Positions 46,169 to 56,146 of a stretch of 64,000 nt of DNA are shown in pieces. Each line of letters begins with the position of its first letter. Positions within the stretch are counted from its first letter, which is position 1. The stretch is from Geopsychrobacteraceae bacterium (GTDB lineage: Bacteria; Desulfobacterota; Desulfuromonadia; Desulfuromonadales; Geopsychrobacteraceae), in NCBI GenBank assembly GCA_963662315.1, contig OY759353.1, positions 4,480,001-4,544,000 of the forward strand, read 5' to 3'. The translations under genes were made by a program, and so were the position numbers. The notes beneath the pieces are model-generated. The model was not told the origin of the DNA and did not search any database. It saw only the letters and a program-made list of their open reading frames with translations.

Positions 46169-49100
46169 TGATGAATTTTAGTGATACCTGCTACCCTCTG
46201 AATGTTCAATGTGGCGGTAGCGCCTGGCGCGGTGCTGATCTGACTCTTCAGTTCCAGCGTCAGCCGCGACCGCAACGCACCTACTTTCGCCATCTACTTG
46301 CCGACTACCTGAATCGGGATGGTCATAAAGGTCTGACCGCGGCCGAGCTTGAATTGTGGGCGACTCTCAATCAGGTTCTACGCCAGGTGGCGATGTCCTT
46401 TCTCGGCCTGCGCCAAGGGAAGGTGCGTCATAATCAGGTTGATATTGGTGGTACGCAGATTGTATTGCCGCGTCTGGACGCGGCGTTTCGGTACTATGTG
46501 CAGGAGTTTCCTGCGTTACCGGTCGAGATGCGTGAAGTTGGTGTCGGTGAGCTGCTTAAACAGATCGACTCTGCTCAGCAGAACCATGAACTGCTCATCG
46601 AGCTGCTGTTACTTTACGTGCAGTCACGTAACCCTGCCCTGGAACCGGTGCGTCAGCTGTTTGCTGCCGAGGAGGAACGCCTTCAGCAGCATTGCGATTA
46701 CCGCGGGCAACTGTTACGGCTCGATACGGATATCCCCGCGTTTGATGATGGTTTCCGTGACCGGCCAACAACCCTTCTGGCGCGGTTGCTTGAGCCTTTG
46801 CAGCGTGGGGCCAGTCTGCGGGAACAGCTGGAGTTGTTGCGTGAGCTATGGGCCGATATCCTACCGGAAGAACTGTTGGCTCGGATCAGCAGTGCCTTTG
46901 AACAGTACGAGCGGGAAGGGTGGCGTCCCGATTTTCCGGGTGAGCCGGAACTGGAGCCCTTCAATGCCATGGTCTTCGGTGATGCAGAATATGCCAATTT
47001 CACGGTTGATACCGACTGGATGCCACGGACCGTATTGATGGCCAAGTCCACCTATGTATGGCTGGCTCAGTTGTCGCAAAAATACAGCCGTGATATCCGG
47101 ACTCTCGATCAGATTCCCGATGAAGAGCTTAATGAACTGGCCAGTCAGGGGTTCAGCAGCCTGTGGCTGATCGGGTTGTGGAAACGTTCCAAGGCGTCAC
47201 TGAAGATTAAACAACTCTACGGACAGGTCCAGGTTGCGGCATCTGCTTATGCAATTGATGAGTATGTTGTCGCCGATGATCTGGGGGGACAGGGCGCTCT
47301 GAATCAGCTCAAGGACCGCTGCCGCAGGCGCGGCATTGACCTGGCCTGCGACGTGGTCACCAATCACACTGGTATCGAGTCGGCCTGGTTGCGTGATCAT
47401 CCGGACTGGTTTATCCAGCTCCCTTATCCGCCGTACCCGGGCTATCGGTTCACCGGGCCTGACTTGAGTGAAGATCCTAACTACTCCATCCAGATTGAGG
47501 ATGGTTATTACGATCACAGTGAAGCGGCGGTTGTCTGTCGTTACCAACATCGTCACAGCGGTGAAACCCGGTTTATTTATCACGGTAATGACGGGACACA
47601 CCTGCCCTGGAATGATACCGCTCAGCTCAACTATCTGGTACCACAGGTGCGCGAGGCGATGATCCAGCTGATCATCCGGGTGGCCCGCGATTTCCGGATT
47701 ATTCGTTTTGATGCCGCCATGACTCTGGCCAAGCGCCACTTTCAGCGGCTCTGGTTTCCGTTGCCGGGTGGCGGTTCCGGGGTGCCGTCACGCCAGGACC
47801 ACGCCCTAAGTCATGAGCAGTTCAATCACTATTTTTCCATCGAGTTCTGGCGCGAGCTGGTGGATCGAGTGCGGGCCGAAGTGCCGGATACCTTGCTGAT
47901 CGCCGAAGCTTTCTGGTTGATGGAAGGTTATTTCGTCCGGACCCTGGGAATGCACCGGGTTTACAATAGCGCCTTCATGAATATGCTCAAGCGCGAGGAA
48001 AACGCCAAGTATCGCGAAACCCTGAAAAATATTCTAGAATTTGATCCGGCCATTCTGCAGCGCTTTGTCAATTTCATGAGTAACCCGGATGAAAAACCGG
48101 CCATTGAACAGTTTGGTGACGGTGATAAGTATTTCTGTGTCGCGACCATGCTGGCGACCATGCCCGGCTTACCCATGTTTGGCCATGGCCAGCTTGAAGG
48201 TTTTACTGAAAAGTATGGCATGGAGTATCTGGCGCCGCGCTACCAGGAGCAACCGAACCAGGCTTTGCAGGAACGACATCGGCGTGAATTGTTCCCTTTA
48301 CTGCGCAAGCGGGCTTTATTTAGCGGAGCCAGCAGTTTTCAGCTCTACAATTTCCTGTCGGTTTATGGTGTTGAAGAGGATGTGTTCGTTTACAGCAACC
48401 GCCTTGAAGAGCGTACCGTTCTTATCCTGTGTAACAACTCCAATAAACATATCAGCGGGCGGATCGGCGCCCCGGTGTATATGGCCGACAAGGATGGCAT
48501 TTCTTTCCAGCACGCCTGCCATATTGATCTGCACCAGGAATTTGTCCTGATGAAGGACCTGAGCACAGGGCAGCAGTATCTGCAGCCAGCTTGGTTGCTA
48601 AAGGACGGCGGGGAGTTTCAGCTGCCGCCTTATGCTCACCGTGTGGTGACTGAGTTTACCGCACTGTATGACAGAGATGGGCGCTGGCAGCAGGTCTGGC
48701 AGCGTTTTGGTGACAGTCCGAGACCGAACTATTATCTGGAGCGCGATCTGTTGCTGTTGGACGGGAGCTTGGCAAAGGTCAACACTCTGTTTGGCCTGAC
48801 AGCTGAACAGCTCGTCCCGGAAACCATTGCCCCTCTGGTCGATGAACTGGCAGAGATTTATGCCGGTCCCTTCAGTGAAATGAGTCCTGCCTGGCAAATT
48901 CAGATTCTGGTCCGTCAGCTGTTTGCTGAAGAGAATCTTGAGGAGGCGTCCTTTGAGCTGCTGGCCAATTGCCTGGAACGTTTTGATATCACTCAAAAAA
49001 GGGACTGCTTCCGTCTGTTCGACCGCCTTTTCAATGATCGCTTTTTACGGCGGCTGACCGCTGCTCATTATTATGATTATCGTGACTGGTTCAGTCAGGA

Positions 49101-50796
49101 GCGTTTCACGACATTGCAGCTGCTGCCGTTGCAATTTATCATCAGCAGGCAAGCGCGGCAGGGTCTGGATTATGCTTATATCGCCAAGGTTATTCAGCGC
49201 TTGCAACAGGTTGTTGTCCTTGCCGAGGAGAGCGGTTTCTGCTGTGATCGCCTGGTGGCCAGTCTTGATCCGACGGAGTCCCCCGATCTGCCCCTGGTTG
49301 CCAGTGACAAGGATGGCAAAAACATTCTGTTTGTTGCCTCTGAAGCGACCCCGTTTGCCAAATCGGGAGGACTGGCTGATGTCATCGGCTCGTTGCCGGT
49401 GGCTTTGCGTGAGCTGGGGCATGATGTGCGGGTCATGATTCCGGCTTATCAAATTGCTGAGGACAGGTTTCCACTGGTCAAGACCGAATACAGTCTGGAG
49501 ATTACCCTGCAAGGCGTCGCCCGGCGCGCCAGCCTGAAAGAGGCTGTCTATGACGGGGTTCCTTATTATTTTATCGATACCCCAGAGTTTTTCGATCGCC
49601 CGGCACTCTATGGAACTACCGATGGTGATTATGGTGATAACGCCCTGCGTTACGGGTTTTTCTGCCGCGCGGTTCTGGAAGCGGTTAAATTGCTCGACTT
49701 CCGTCCGGATGTTCTGCATCTGCACGACTGGCAGAGCTCCCTACTGCCGGCCTTGTTGAAAACCAGTTACCGGGATCAGGCTTTTTTCGCCCGGACTAAA
49801 ACCTTGCTGACCATTCATAATCTCGGTTACCAGGGGATGTTTTCCCTCGGGGTACTGCCGCAGCTGGAACTGCCCTATGAACTGGGGCGCCCGGACGCTT
49901 TTGAATACTACGGCGGGCTGTCTTTTCTTAAAGGGGGCATCGTCTATGCCGACCTGATCAACACCGTTTCCCCGACCTATTGTCTGGAGATTCAGGGGCA
50001 GCAGCAGGGGCACGGCTTTGACGGTATCCTGCGCAGTCGCAGCCGTGACCTGTACGGCATTATCAATGGTCTGGATGAGCGCATCTGGGACCCGGAGCAT
50101 GATCCGGCCCTGGCTTATCCTTTCAGTCATGACAACCTGAGCGGCAAATTGAGGTGTAAGCAAGCCCTGCAGCAGGACCTTGGTCTGCAGGTCGCACCTG
50201 ACATTCCATTGATTGCTGTTGTCAGTCGTTTAGACCGGCAGAAGGGGATTACCCTGATAGAAGAGATCTGGCCGCAACTGATGCAGCGTGAGGTCCAGTT
50301 TGTGCTGCTCGGCTCTGGCAATAATGAACAGATGCGTTTCTGGCAGCGACAACAGGGGCAGAATGTCGAACAGGTCTCCATTAACCTGACCTTTAATGAA
50401 CGACTTTCTCACCAGCTTTACAGTGCCGCGGATTTGCTTCTGGTGCCGAGTCGCTATGAACCTTGCGGTCTGACGCAGATGATCGCCTCTCGCTATGGTG
50501 CTTTACCCCTGGTCAGAAAGACCGGCGGTCTGGCTGATACGGTGAGCGATATCGCCGTCGATCCGGAACAGGGGAACGGCTTTGTGTTCAAAGACAGTGA
50601 TTCCACCCAACTGCTTGCGACCATTGACAGGGCGTTGGAGCTGTATGCCCAGCCCGATCAGTGGCAGGCCGTTGTTCAGCGGGGCATGGCGCGTGATTTC
50701 AGTTGGCGAAATTCTGCCTGGCAATATGAAAAGCTCTATGCTCAGTTAACGGCAGATAGCGTTACTGTGGCCAGCGTAGAGGCTTCTGATGATTGA
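46165..50796 (+). CDS. glgA: GH13 alpha-amylase-family domain fused to glycogen synthase (GT5)
   Basis: GH13: LWLIG.W, DVVTNH, RFDAAM, IAEAFW, NPDE; GT5 from ~aa 1050: SEATPFAKSGGLADV, HLHDWQ, TIHNLGYQG, GIINGLD, SRLDRQKG, PSRYEPCGLTQ, TGGLADTV. Confidence 0.9.
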   Translation: MMMNFSDTCYPLNVQCGGSAWRGADLTLQFQRQPRPQRTYFRHLLADYLNRDGHKGLTAAELELWATLNQVLRQVAMSFLGLRQGKVRHNQVDIGGTQIVLPRLDAAFRYYVQEFPALPVEMREVGVGELLKQIDSAQQNHELLIELLLLYVQSRNPALEPVRQLFAAEEERLQQHCDYRGQLLRLDTDIPAFDDGFRDRPTTLLARLLEPLQRGASLREQLELLRELWADILPEELLARISSAFEQYEREGWRPDFPGEPELEPFNAMVFGDAEYANFTVDTDWMPRTVLMAKSTYVWLAQLSQKYSRDIRTLDQIPDEELNELASQGFSSLWLIGLWKRSKASLKIKQLYGQVQVAASAYAIDEYVVADDLGGQGALNQLKDRCRRRGIDLACDVVTNHTGIESAWLRDHPDWFIQLPYPPYPGYRFTGPDLSEDPNYSIQIEDGYYDHSEAAVVCRYQHRHSGETRFIYHGNDGTHLPWNDTAQLNYLVPQVREAMIQLIIRVARDFRIIRFDAAMTLAKRHFQRLWFPLPGGGSGVPSRQDHALSHEQFNHYFSIEFWRELVDRVRAEVPDTLLIAEAFWLMEGYFVRTLGMHRVYNSAFMNMLKREENAKYRETLKNILEFDPAILQRFVNFMSNPDEKPAIEQFGDGDKYFCVATMLATMPGLPMFGHGQLEGFTEKYGMEYLAPRYQEQPNQALQERHRRELFPLLRKRALFSGASSFQLYNFLSVYGVEEDVFVYSNRLEERTVLILCNNSNKHISGRIGAPVYMADKDGISFQHACHIDLHQEFVLMKDLSTGQQYLQPAWLLKDGGEFQLPPYAHRVVTEFTALYDRDGRWQQVWQRFGDSPRPNYYLERDLLLLDGSLAKVNTLFGLTAEQLVPETIAPLVDELAEIYAGPFSEMSPAWQIQILVRQLFAEENLEEASFELLANCLERFDITQKRDCFRLFDRLFNDRFLRRLTAAHYYDYRDWFSQERFTTLQLLPLQFIISRQARQGLDYAYIAKVIQRLQQVVVLAEESGFCCDRLVASLDPTESPDLPLVASDKDGKNILFVASEATPFAKSGGLADVIGSLPVALRELGHDVRVMIPAYQIAEDRFPLVKTEYSLEITLQGVARRASLKEAVYDGVPYYFIDTPEFFDRPALYGTTDGDYGDNALRYGFFCRAVLEAVKLLDFRPDVLHLHDWQSSLLPALLKTSYRDQAFFARTKTLLTIHNLGYQGMFSLGVLPQLELPYELGRPDAFEYYGGLSFLKGGIVYADLINTVSPTYCLEIQGQQQGHGFDGILRSRSRDLYGIINGLDERIWDPEHDPALAYPFSHDNLSGKLRCKQALQQDLGLQVAPDIPLIAVVSRLDRQKGITLIEEIWPQLMQREVQFVLLGSGNNEQMRFWQRQQGQNVEQVSINLTFNERLSHQLYSAADLLLVPSRYEPCGLTQMIASRYGALPLVRKTGGLADTVSDIAVDPEQGNGFVFKDSDSTQLLATIDRALELYAQPDQWQAVVQRGMARDFSWRNSAWQYEKLYAQLTADSVTVASVEASDD

Positions 50797-52303
50797 TGCT
50801 GCGACCCCTGAATATGACATTATTATTGTTGGCGCTGGTCCGGTTGGTCTGACCCTGGCTAACCTGCTTGGTCCATCCGGTTTACGGGTTCTGCTGCTGG
50901 AAAAGGATGTCTCTCTGCCTGATCAACCTCGCGCCGTAGCACTTGACGATGAATGCCTGCGGATCTGGCAGCAGTGTGACCTGATTGAAGCGCTGCTGCC
51001 GTATATTGCCCAGGGGGCTGAAGGGGATAAGGTCTTTACCTATCGGCGTGCCGATAACCGGGCCATCTTCAGCCTGGAGCAGCATGGTCGCCCCTTTGGC
51101 TACGCACGTGGCAATGTCTTTCTCTATCATCATGCTCTGGTGGTTCTTCAAGATGGCCTGAAGCGTTTTGATTCGGTAGATTATCGTAGCGGTTATGAGG
51201 TCAAAAAGCTGTCTCAGACTTCCGCTACAGTCAGCGTCGATGCTGCGGCAGCGGACGGGACGCAGCGTTTTTCCGGACGTTACCTGGTTGCTTGTGATGG
51301 GGGACGCAGTACCGTGCGTGAGCAGCTCAAGCTTGCCCTTGAGGGGATGGCCTATGAAGAATCGTGGCTGATCGTCGATATCCTGAACCCGAATCTGGCC
51401 GATCAGCCCCTGACCGAAGGGGTTGAAGTGTGGTGCGATGCCCGTTGTCCGACCGCGACGATCCCCTTACCATTGGGGTACCGGCGTTGGGAATTCTTAT
51501 TGCGTAAGCATCGCTATCCCGACCCTCAGCGCTGCCTTGATAACGCTTTTATCAGAGATTTGATCAACCAGCGCAAAACGGATAATGACAGTCGATTGGT
51601 CCGTAAACTTGTTCATACCTACAAAGCCCGTATTGTTAACCGTTACCGCGCTGGTCGGGTTTTTCTGGCTGGTGACGCCGCTCATTTATCGCCACCGTTT
51701 GCCGGGCAGGGGATGGCGACCGGTCTGCGCGATGCCCATAATCTGTTCTGGAAATTGGTGCAGACCATAAATGGTACAGCTGAGCCTTCTTTGCTGGATA
51801 GCTATGAGCAGGAACGTCGTCCTCACCAGCAGAAAATGCTCGCTCTGGCACTGCGCATGGGGCGTATGATGATGCCGCGCAGTGACTTTCATGCCTCGCT
51901 GGTCAGCACATTGTTTGGAGTTGCCGGTAAATTCTCTGTTTTGCGGAAGATGCTGGAAATACGTGGTCAGAATGTGACACCGGTTTATGGACCGGTTGCC
52001 AGGGGATCTCGGTGCGGTATGCTTTTACCCCAGCCCAGATTGGCTGATGGACGCCTGTTTGATTCATTACTGGGACCGGATTATACGCTGGTCAGTTTTG
52101 GTCTTAAGCCGGAACAGGGCTTTTCAGCTGAAGAACTTAAGGTTTGGAATGCCCGAGGTTTAACTGTATTAACCATCCCTTCACAAGGGGAATTGGCTCA
52201 AGTGTTTGTTTCTTTTGACCAATGGACCGGTGGCTGCCGTAACCGTTTGCTGATTGTACGCCCGGATCGATTCGTTTGTCTTGACCGGCAGGTGAACCCC
52301 TGA
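50789..52303 (+). CDS. FAD-dependent aromatic monooxygenase (MhpA-like)
   Basis: VGAGPVGL, PRAVALDDE, ACDGGRSTVR, RRWEF, LAGDAAHLSPPFAGQG, LDSYEQER, VRPD. Confidence 0.9.
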   Translation: MIDAATPEYDIIIVGAGPVGLTLANLLGPSGLRVLLLEKDVSLPDQPRAVALDDECLRIWQQCDLIEALLPYIAQGAEGDKVFTYRRADNRAIFSLEQHGRPFGYARGNVFLYHHALVVLQDGLKRFDSVDYRSGYEVKKLSQTSATVSVDAAAADGTQRFSGRYLVACDGGRSTVREQLKLALEGMAYEESWLIVDILNPNLADQPLTEGVEVWCDARCPTATIPLPLGYRRWEFLLRKHRYPDPQRCLDNAFIRDLINQRKTDNDSRLVRKLVHTYKARIVNRYRAGRVFLAGDAAHLSPPFAGQGMATGLRDAHNLFWKLVQTINGTAEPSLLDSYEQERRPHQQKMLALALRMGRMMMPRSDFHASLVSTLFGVAGKFSVLRKMLEIRGQNVTPVYGPVARGSRCGMLLPQPRLADGRLFDSLLGPDYTLVSFGLKPEQGFSAEELKVWNARGLTVLTIPSQGELAQVFVSFDQWTGGCRNRLLIVRPDRFVCLDRQVNP

Positions 52304-52313
52304 GGAGTGCTTT

Positions 52314-53519
52314 ATGGAGGGCAGTCGCCGTTTTTCAACCATGCCCCTGATTCAGGGCAGCCTGTTTCTGTTGCTGCTGATCATTCTGTTTCTGTTTGAC
52401 AATGGCGGAAGTTTCTGGCCCGGGGCCCTGTTTTTTATCATTTTGTGTGGCTGGCATTTTTATAGCGCTTCCCGCATTACGGATCCGCGCCAGCACCAGA
52501 ACATCCGTTACCTGTATATCGGTATCTATCTGCTCTGCTGTACGCTGTTGGTGTGGTTGACTCGGGGCGAAGAGGAGAGTCCTCTGTGGATTGTCTATTT
52601 TTTGCCGATTATCCTCAGCGCTTCAGTTCTCCCTTTGCGACATACCCTTGTGGTTTGTAGTGTTGCTCTGGTGTTGTTTATTTCCCATTTGCCTGCGGCC
52701 TTGTTTGTTAATGAGAATCTGCGCAGTGAGGTTCTTCCTGAATTACTTGGGTTTGGGATCATGTTTTTTCTGGTTGGCACCCTGGTTCAGGACTTTGCAC
52801 AGCGACACAGGCAGCATCTTTTGCAGCTTGAACAGACGGAAAAACAGTTGCGCTCCAAGGAACGTCTGGCCTCATTGGGGGAACTCTCTGCTGGAATCGC
52901 TCATGAAATTCGTAATCCGCTGGGGATCATTTCCTCTTCTGCTCAGATGCTTGAAGCTGGCAATATTTCCGAGCCGGATCGGCAGCTTCTTGATATTATT
53001 CAGGAAGAAGCCAGCCGTTTGAACAGCTTGATTCGTGATTTTCTATTTTTTGGACGTCAGCTCGAGCCACATATTGAATCCTGTAATCTTGCCGAGCTTC
53101 TTAAGCGCCAGACAGAAGCATTACAGGTCACCGCTCAACAACGTCGCGTGGCGTTGACATTGACGGTCAAAAGCCCTGACTGCCAGGCTGATATTGATGC
53201 CGGCATGATCCAGCAGGTGGTCCTTAATCTGCTGCTCAATGCTCTTGATGCAACTGCTGAGCATGGGCATGTCAATGTCACCCTTGATCAGCAACAGCAT
53301 AATATCGTGATTTCTGTAAGCGATGACGGGGCAGGTATTGCCGCTGAGCATATGGAGCGCATATTTGATCCCTTTTTTACGACCAAGGGGCATGGAACAG
53401 GTTTGGGTCTGGCGAATTCCTACAAAATTATCCAGAGTCATGGTGGGGAAATACTGGCCACCAGTCAGCCTGAAGGAGGGACACGGATGACGATTGTTTT
53501 ACCGGCTCGGGGAAAATAA
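52314..53519 (+). CDS. Membrane sensor histidine kinase
   Basis: ~6 N-terminal TMs; AGIAHEIRNPL, NLLLNA, DDGAGI, FFTTK..GTGLGL. Confidence 0.93.
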   Translation: MEGSRRFSTMPLIQGSLFLLLLIILFLFDNGGSFWPGALFFIILCGWHFYSASRITDPRQHQNIRYLYIGIYLLCCTLLVWLTRGEEESPLWIVYFLPIILSASVLPLRHTLVVCSVALVLFISHLPAALFVNENLRSEVLPELLGFGIMFFLVGTLVQDFAQRHRQHLLQLEQTEKQLRSKERLASLGELSAGIAHEIRNPLGIISSSAQMLEAGNISEPDRQLLDIIQEEASRLNSLIRDFLFFGRQLEPHIESCNLAELLKRQTEALQVTAQQRRVALTLTVKSPDCQADIDAGMIQQVVLNLLLNALDATAEHGHVNVTLDQQQHNIVISVSDDGAGIAAEHMERIFDPFFTTKGHGTGLGLANSYKIIQSHGGEILATSQPEGGTRMTIVLPARGK

Positions 53520-54890
53520 ATGGCGCATATTCTGATTGTTGATGATGAAAAAAACTATCGGATTATCCTGACCCGGTTATTGACGGAAGCCGGTTACCAG
53601 GTAACCACGGAAGAAAATCCGTTTGCGGCGCTGGAAGTGCTAGCGCGTGAAAATGTGGATCTGGTGATCTCCGATTTACGTATGCCACGGATGGATGGTA
53701 TGGAATTTTTCCGCACCGTCAAGCAGCAGTACGCGTCTCTTCCCGTTGTCATCATGACTGCTTTTGCAACGGTTGAAACAGCACTTCAGGCGATGAAGCA
53801 GGGAGTCTTTGACTACCTGACCAAGCCGTTTAAAAACGACGAAATTCTGCTGGTGGTTGGCAAAGCTCTGGAGTTTGCCCGGTTGCGCAAGGAGAATGAT
53901 CTGCTACGGCGCCAGCTTGGACAGAGTGAAACGCGGGAGCTGCTTGGTGACAGCCCGTCTATGCGGCAACTGCGGGATGAAATCAGGCGGATCGGGCCAG
54001 CACCAAGCTCGGTCTTAATTACCGGAGAAAGCGGCACCGGTAAAGAACTGGTGGCGCGGGGGTTACACCGAGCCAGTCAGCGTAGTGACGGTGCCATGGT
54101 CTGTGTCAATTGTGCGGCTTTTTCTGAAAATCTGTTGGAAAGTGAGCTGTTCGGCCATGAGCGCGGAGCATTTACCGGGGCCGGAGAACGTAAACGTGGT
54201 TTACTGGAAATGGCAGCTGGAGGGACGCTGTTCCTCGATGAGATCGGTGAGATGTCGCTGGCTCTGCAGCCTAAACTGTTGCGCGTACTGCAGGAAAGAA
54301 GCTTTCGGCGTATTGGTGGTAGCCACGAAATTTCCTGCGATGTGCGTATTATCGCGGCGACCAATCGGGACCTGGTCGCCATGATTGCCAGCGGACAGTT
54401 CCGCGAAGATCTTTACTATCGTCTCAATGTTATTCCCCTGAAATTACCGCCATTGCGTGAGCGTAGCGAAGATATTCCCTTATTGGCCTTTCATTTCTTG
54501 AATTTTTTCTCGCGCAAACTGGGTCGTTCCGTTCAGGGGTTTGCTGCCGATACCCTCTCTTTGTTGCAGGCATACGACTGGCCGGGGAATATTCGTGAGT
54601 TGCAGAACGTGATTGAGCGCGGTGTTATCTTCTGCCGGGGTGAGCAACTATTGCCTGATGATCTTCCCGCTTCTCTGAGTAATCTTACTCATGCTGTTAC
54701 CGACAGGCCGGTAGCACAACCGGGTTTTGACAAGCCGCTGCCAGAGAAGCTTGATGATTTTGAGGCTAGCCTGGTTCGCCAGGCCATGGTCGAAGCACGT
54801 GGTATTCAGGCTTCGGCAGCCAAGCTGTTGGGGATCAGTCGCAGCAATCTGCAATATAAACTGCGCAAGTTTGGGTTGAGCAGCGATTGA
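53520..54890 (+). CDS. NtrC-family sigma54 enhancer-binding response regulator
   Basis: Receiver, GESGTGKE, ELFGHERGAFTGA, FLDEIGE, WPGNIREL, C-terminal HTH. Confidence 0.95.
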   Translation: MAHILIVDDEKNYRIILTRLLTEAGYQVTTEENPFAALEVLARENVDLVISDLRMPRMDGMEFFRTVKQQYASLPVVIMTAFATVETALQAMKQGVFDYLTKPFKNDEILLVVGKALEFARLRKENDLLRRQLGQSETRELLGDSPSMRQLRDEIRRIGPAPSSVLITGESGTGKELVARGLHRASQRSDGAMVCVNCAAFSENLLESELFGHERGAFTGAGERKRGLLEMAAGGTLFLDEIGEMSLALQPKLLRVLQERSFRRIGGSHEISCDVRIIAATNRDLVAMIASGQFREDLYYRLNVIPLKLPPLRERSEDIPLLAFHFLNFFSRKLGRSVQGFAADTLSLLQAYDWPGNIRELQNVIERGVIFCRGEQLLPDDLPASLSNLTHAVTDRPVAQPGFDKPLPEKLDDFEASLVRQAMVEARGIQASAAKLLGISRSNLQYKLRKFGLSSD

Positions 54891-54911
54891 TGCCTGTGTC
54901 GATCTGAATAG

Positions 54912-54991
54912 CGATTAAAATTTTAGGCATCAGAATCGTTGCGGTGGGGAGATATGTACAAAAATTTGTACATATCTCCCCATTTTTATTT
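54912..54991. promoter_or_regulatory. Candidate enhancer sites overlapping a terminator-like palindrome
   Basis: CGATTAAAATTTTAGGCA (54912-54929) and TGTACAAAAATTTGTACA (54955-54972); the latter lies inside TGGGGAGATATGTACAAA-AA-TTTGTACATATCTCCCCA followed by a T-tract. Confidence 0.55.
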
Positions 54992-55024
54992 TAACAGCCT
55001 TATGAATTCAATGAGTTATGAATT

Positions 55025-55040
55025 TGGCACATTGCATGCT
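55025..55040 (+). promoter_or_regulatory. Sigma54 promoter of the PKS operon
   Basis: TGGCACATTGCATGCT. Confidence 0.85.
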
Positions 55041-55108
55041 CATAGTCAGGTGCGGTCAGATTCACGGAATAAAGCCAGGTTGAAATTGTTAGATGGGGCA
55101 GCGTCGTT

Positions 55109-55495
55109 ATGCATGAAAATCTTAAAAGTAACCGCAAAATTCTGATTGTTGACGATGAAAAAAATTACCGGATTATCCTGTCCCGATTGTTCAGCAGGGC
55201 CGGATATCAGGTGCTGACTGCAGCTGGGGTGGAAGAATCTATGACACTGTTGCGACAGGAACGGGTTGACCTGGTGTTGACCGACGTTTATCTGTCCGGA
55301 GCCAATGGCTTGACCCTGTGTCAAAAGATTCAGGACCTGACCGGCGGAACCCCATGTATGGTTTTTAGTGCCTGCCTTCCCTCCCGAAACAAACGCGAAA
55401 ATGAGGAAGCTGGTATTATTGATTATATTGCCAAACCTTTTGACGTCAGCGAACTGCTGGCCAAGGTGGAACAGGTTCTCTTCGATAGGGCCTGA
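55109..55495 (+). CDS. Single-domain response regulator
   Basis: ILIVDDE, LTDVYL, FSA, KPF; no output domain. Confidence 0.85.
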   Translation: MHENLKSNRKILIVDDEKNYRIILSRLFSRAGYQVLTAAGVEESMTLLRQERVDLVLTDVYLSGANGLTLCQKIQDLTGGTPCMVFSACLPSRNKRENEEAGIIDYIAKPFDVSELLAKVEQVLFDRA

Positions 55496-55509
55496 AAGGA
55501 GGAGATTTC

Positions 55510-56097
55510 ATGATCAAAATAATCTGCATGTCTTTGACTTTGCTTGTCGTGCTCCTGACTGTGGTTGCTGGCGCCACAGATCTGAACGGTTCTTGTCAGA
55601 TCCGTTTTCGTGGTGACTCCACTCTGCATGGCTTTAGTGGGGTGGCCAGTTGCGAACCCTTTACCTTTCAAGAGCTTGACGGGCAGGGGACAGAGCTTAT
55701 GTTTCAGGATGGCAGCGTCAGGGTGGCTGTTAAGCGCATGGATACGGATAATGACAGCCGTGATGCGAGCATGTTTAAAATGTTCGACGCTGATCATTTC
55801 CCTTTTATTATCGGCCATTTCCCCCAGTTCAACCCCCAGCACCTTATGGCCCGTATCCAGAGTGAAAAGCGTCTGCCCTTTGACTTGACCATCCGTGATG
55901 TCACGAACAACGTCAATGCCACGCTTAAAAATATCAATCTGGCAGGAAAGCAGCTCTCCTTCACGGCTGAGTTCCCTGTTTCTCTGGCCAGTTTTAACCT
56001 TGAACCACCAGGCGTATTGGGCATTATCCGGGTTGCTGATGAAGTTCAGGTTAGCGTTGAAGTGACAATAGAAAGTGCGGCCCTGGCTGCGCCATAG
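55510..56097 (+). CDS. Secreted YceI-family lipid/polyisoprenoid-binding protein
   Basis: Signal peptide; STLHGFSG, MDTDNDSRD..M, FP.I.., LTIRDVT, FNLEPP..LG.I.V.DEV.V. Confidence 0.85.
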   Translation: MIKIICMSLTLLVVLLTVVAGATDLNGSCQIRFRGDSTLHGFSGVASCEPFTFQELDGQGTELMFQDGSVRVAVKRMDTDNDSRDASMFKMFDADHFPFIIGHFPQFNPQHLMARIQSEKRLPFDLTIRDVTNNVNATLKNINLAGKQLSFTAEFPVSLASFNLEPPGVLGIIRVADEVQVSVEVTIESAALAAP

Positions 56098-56146
56098 CCT
56101 TGTTACCCTGTTCGGGTGACAGTCTCAGAACCTAAAGGAGTCTCCT

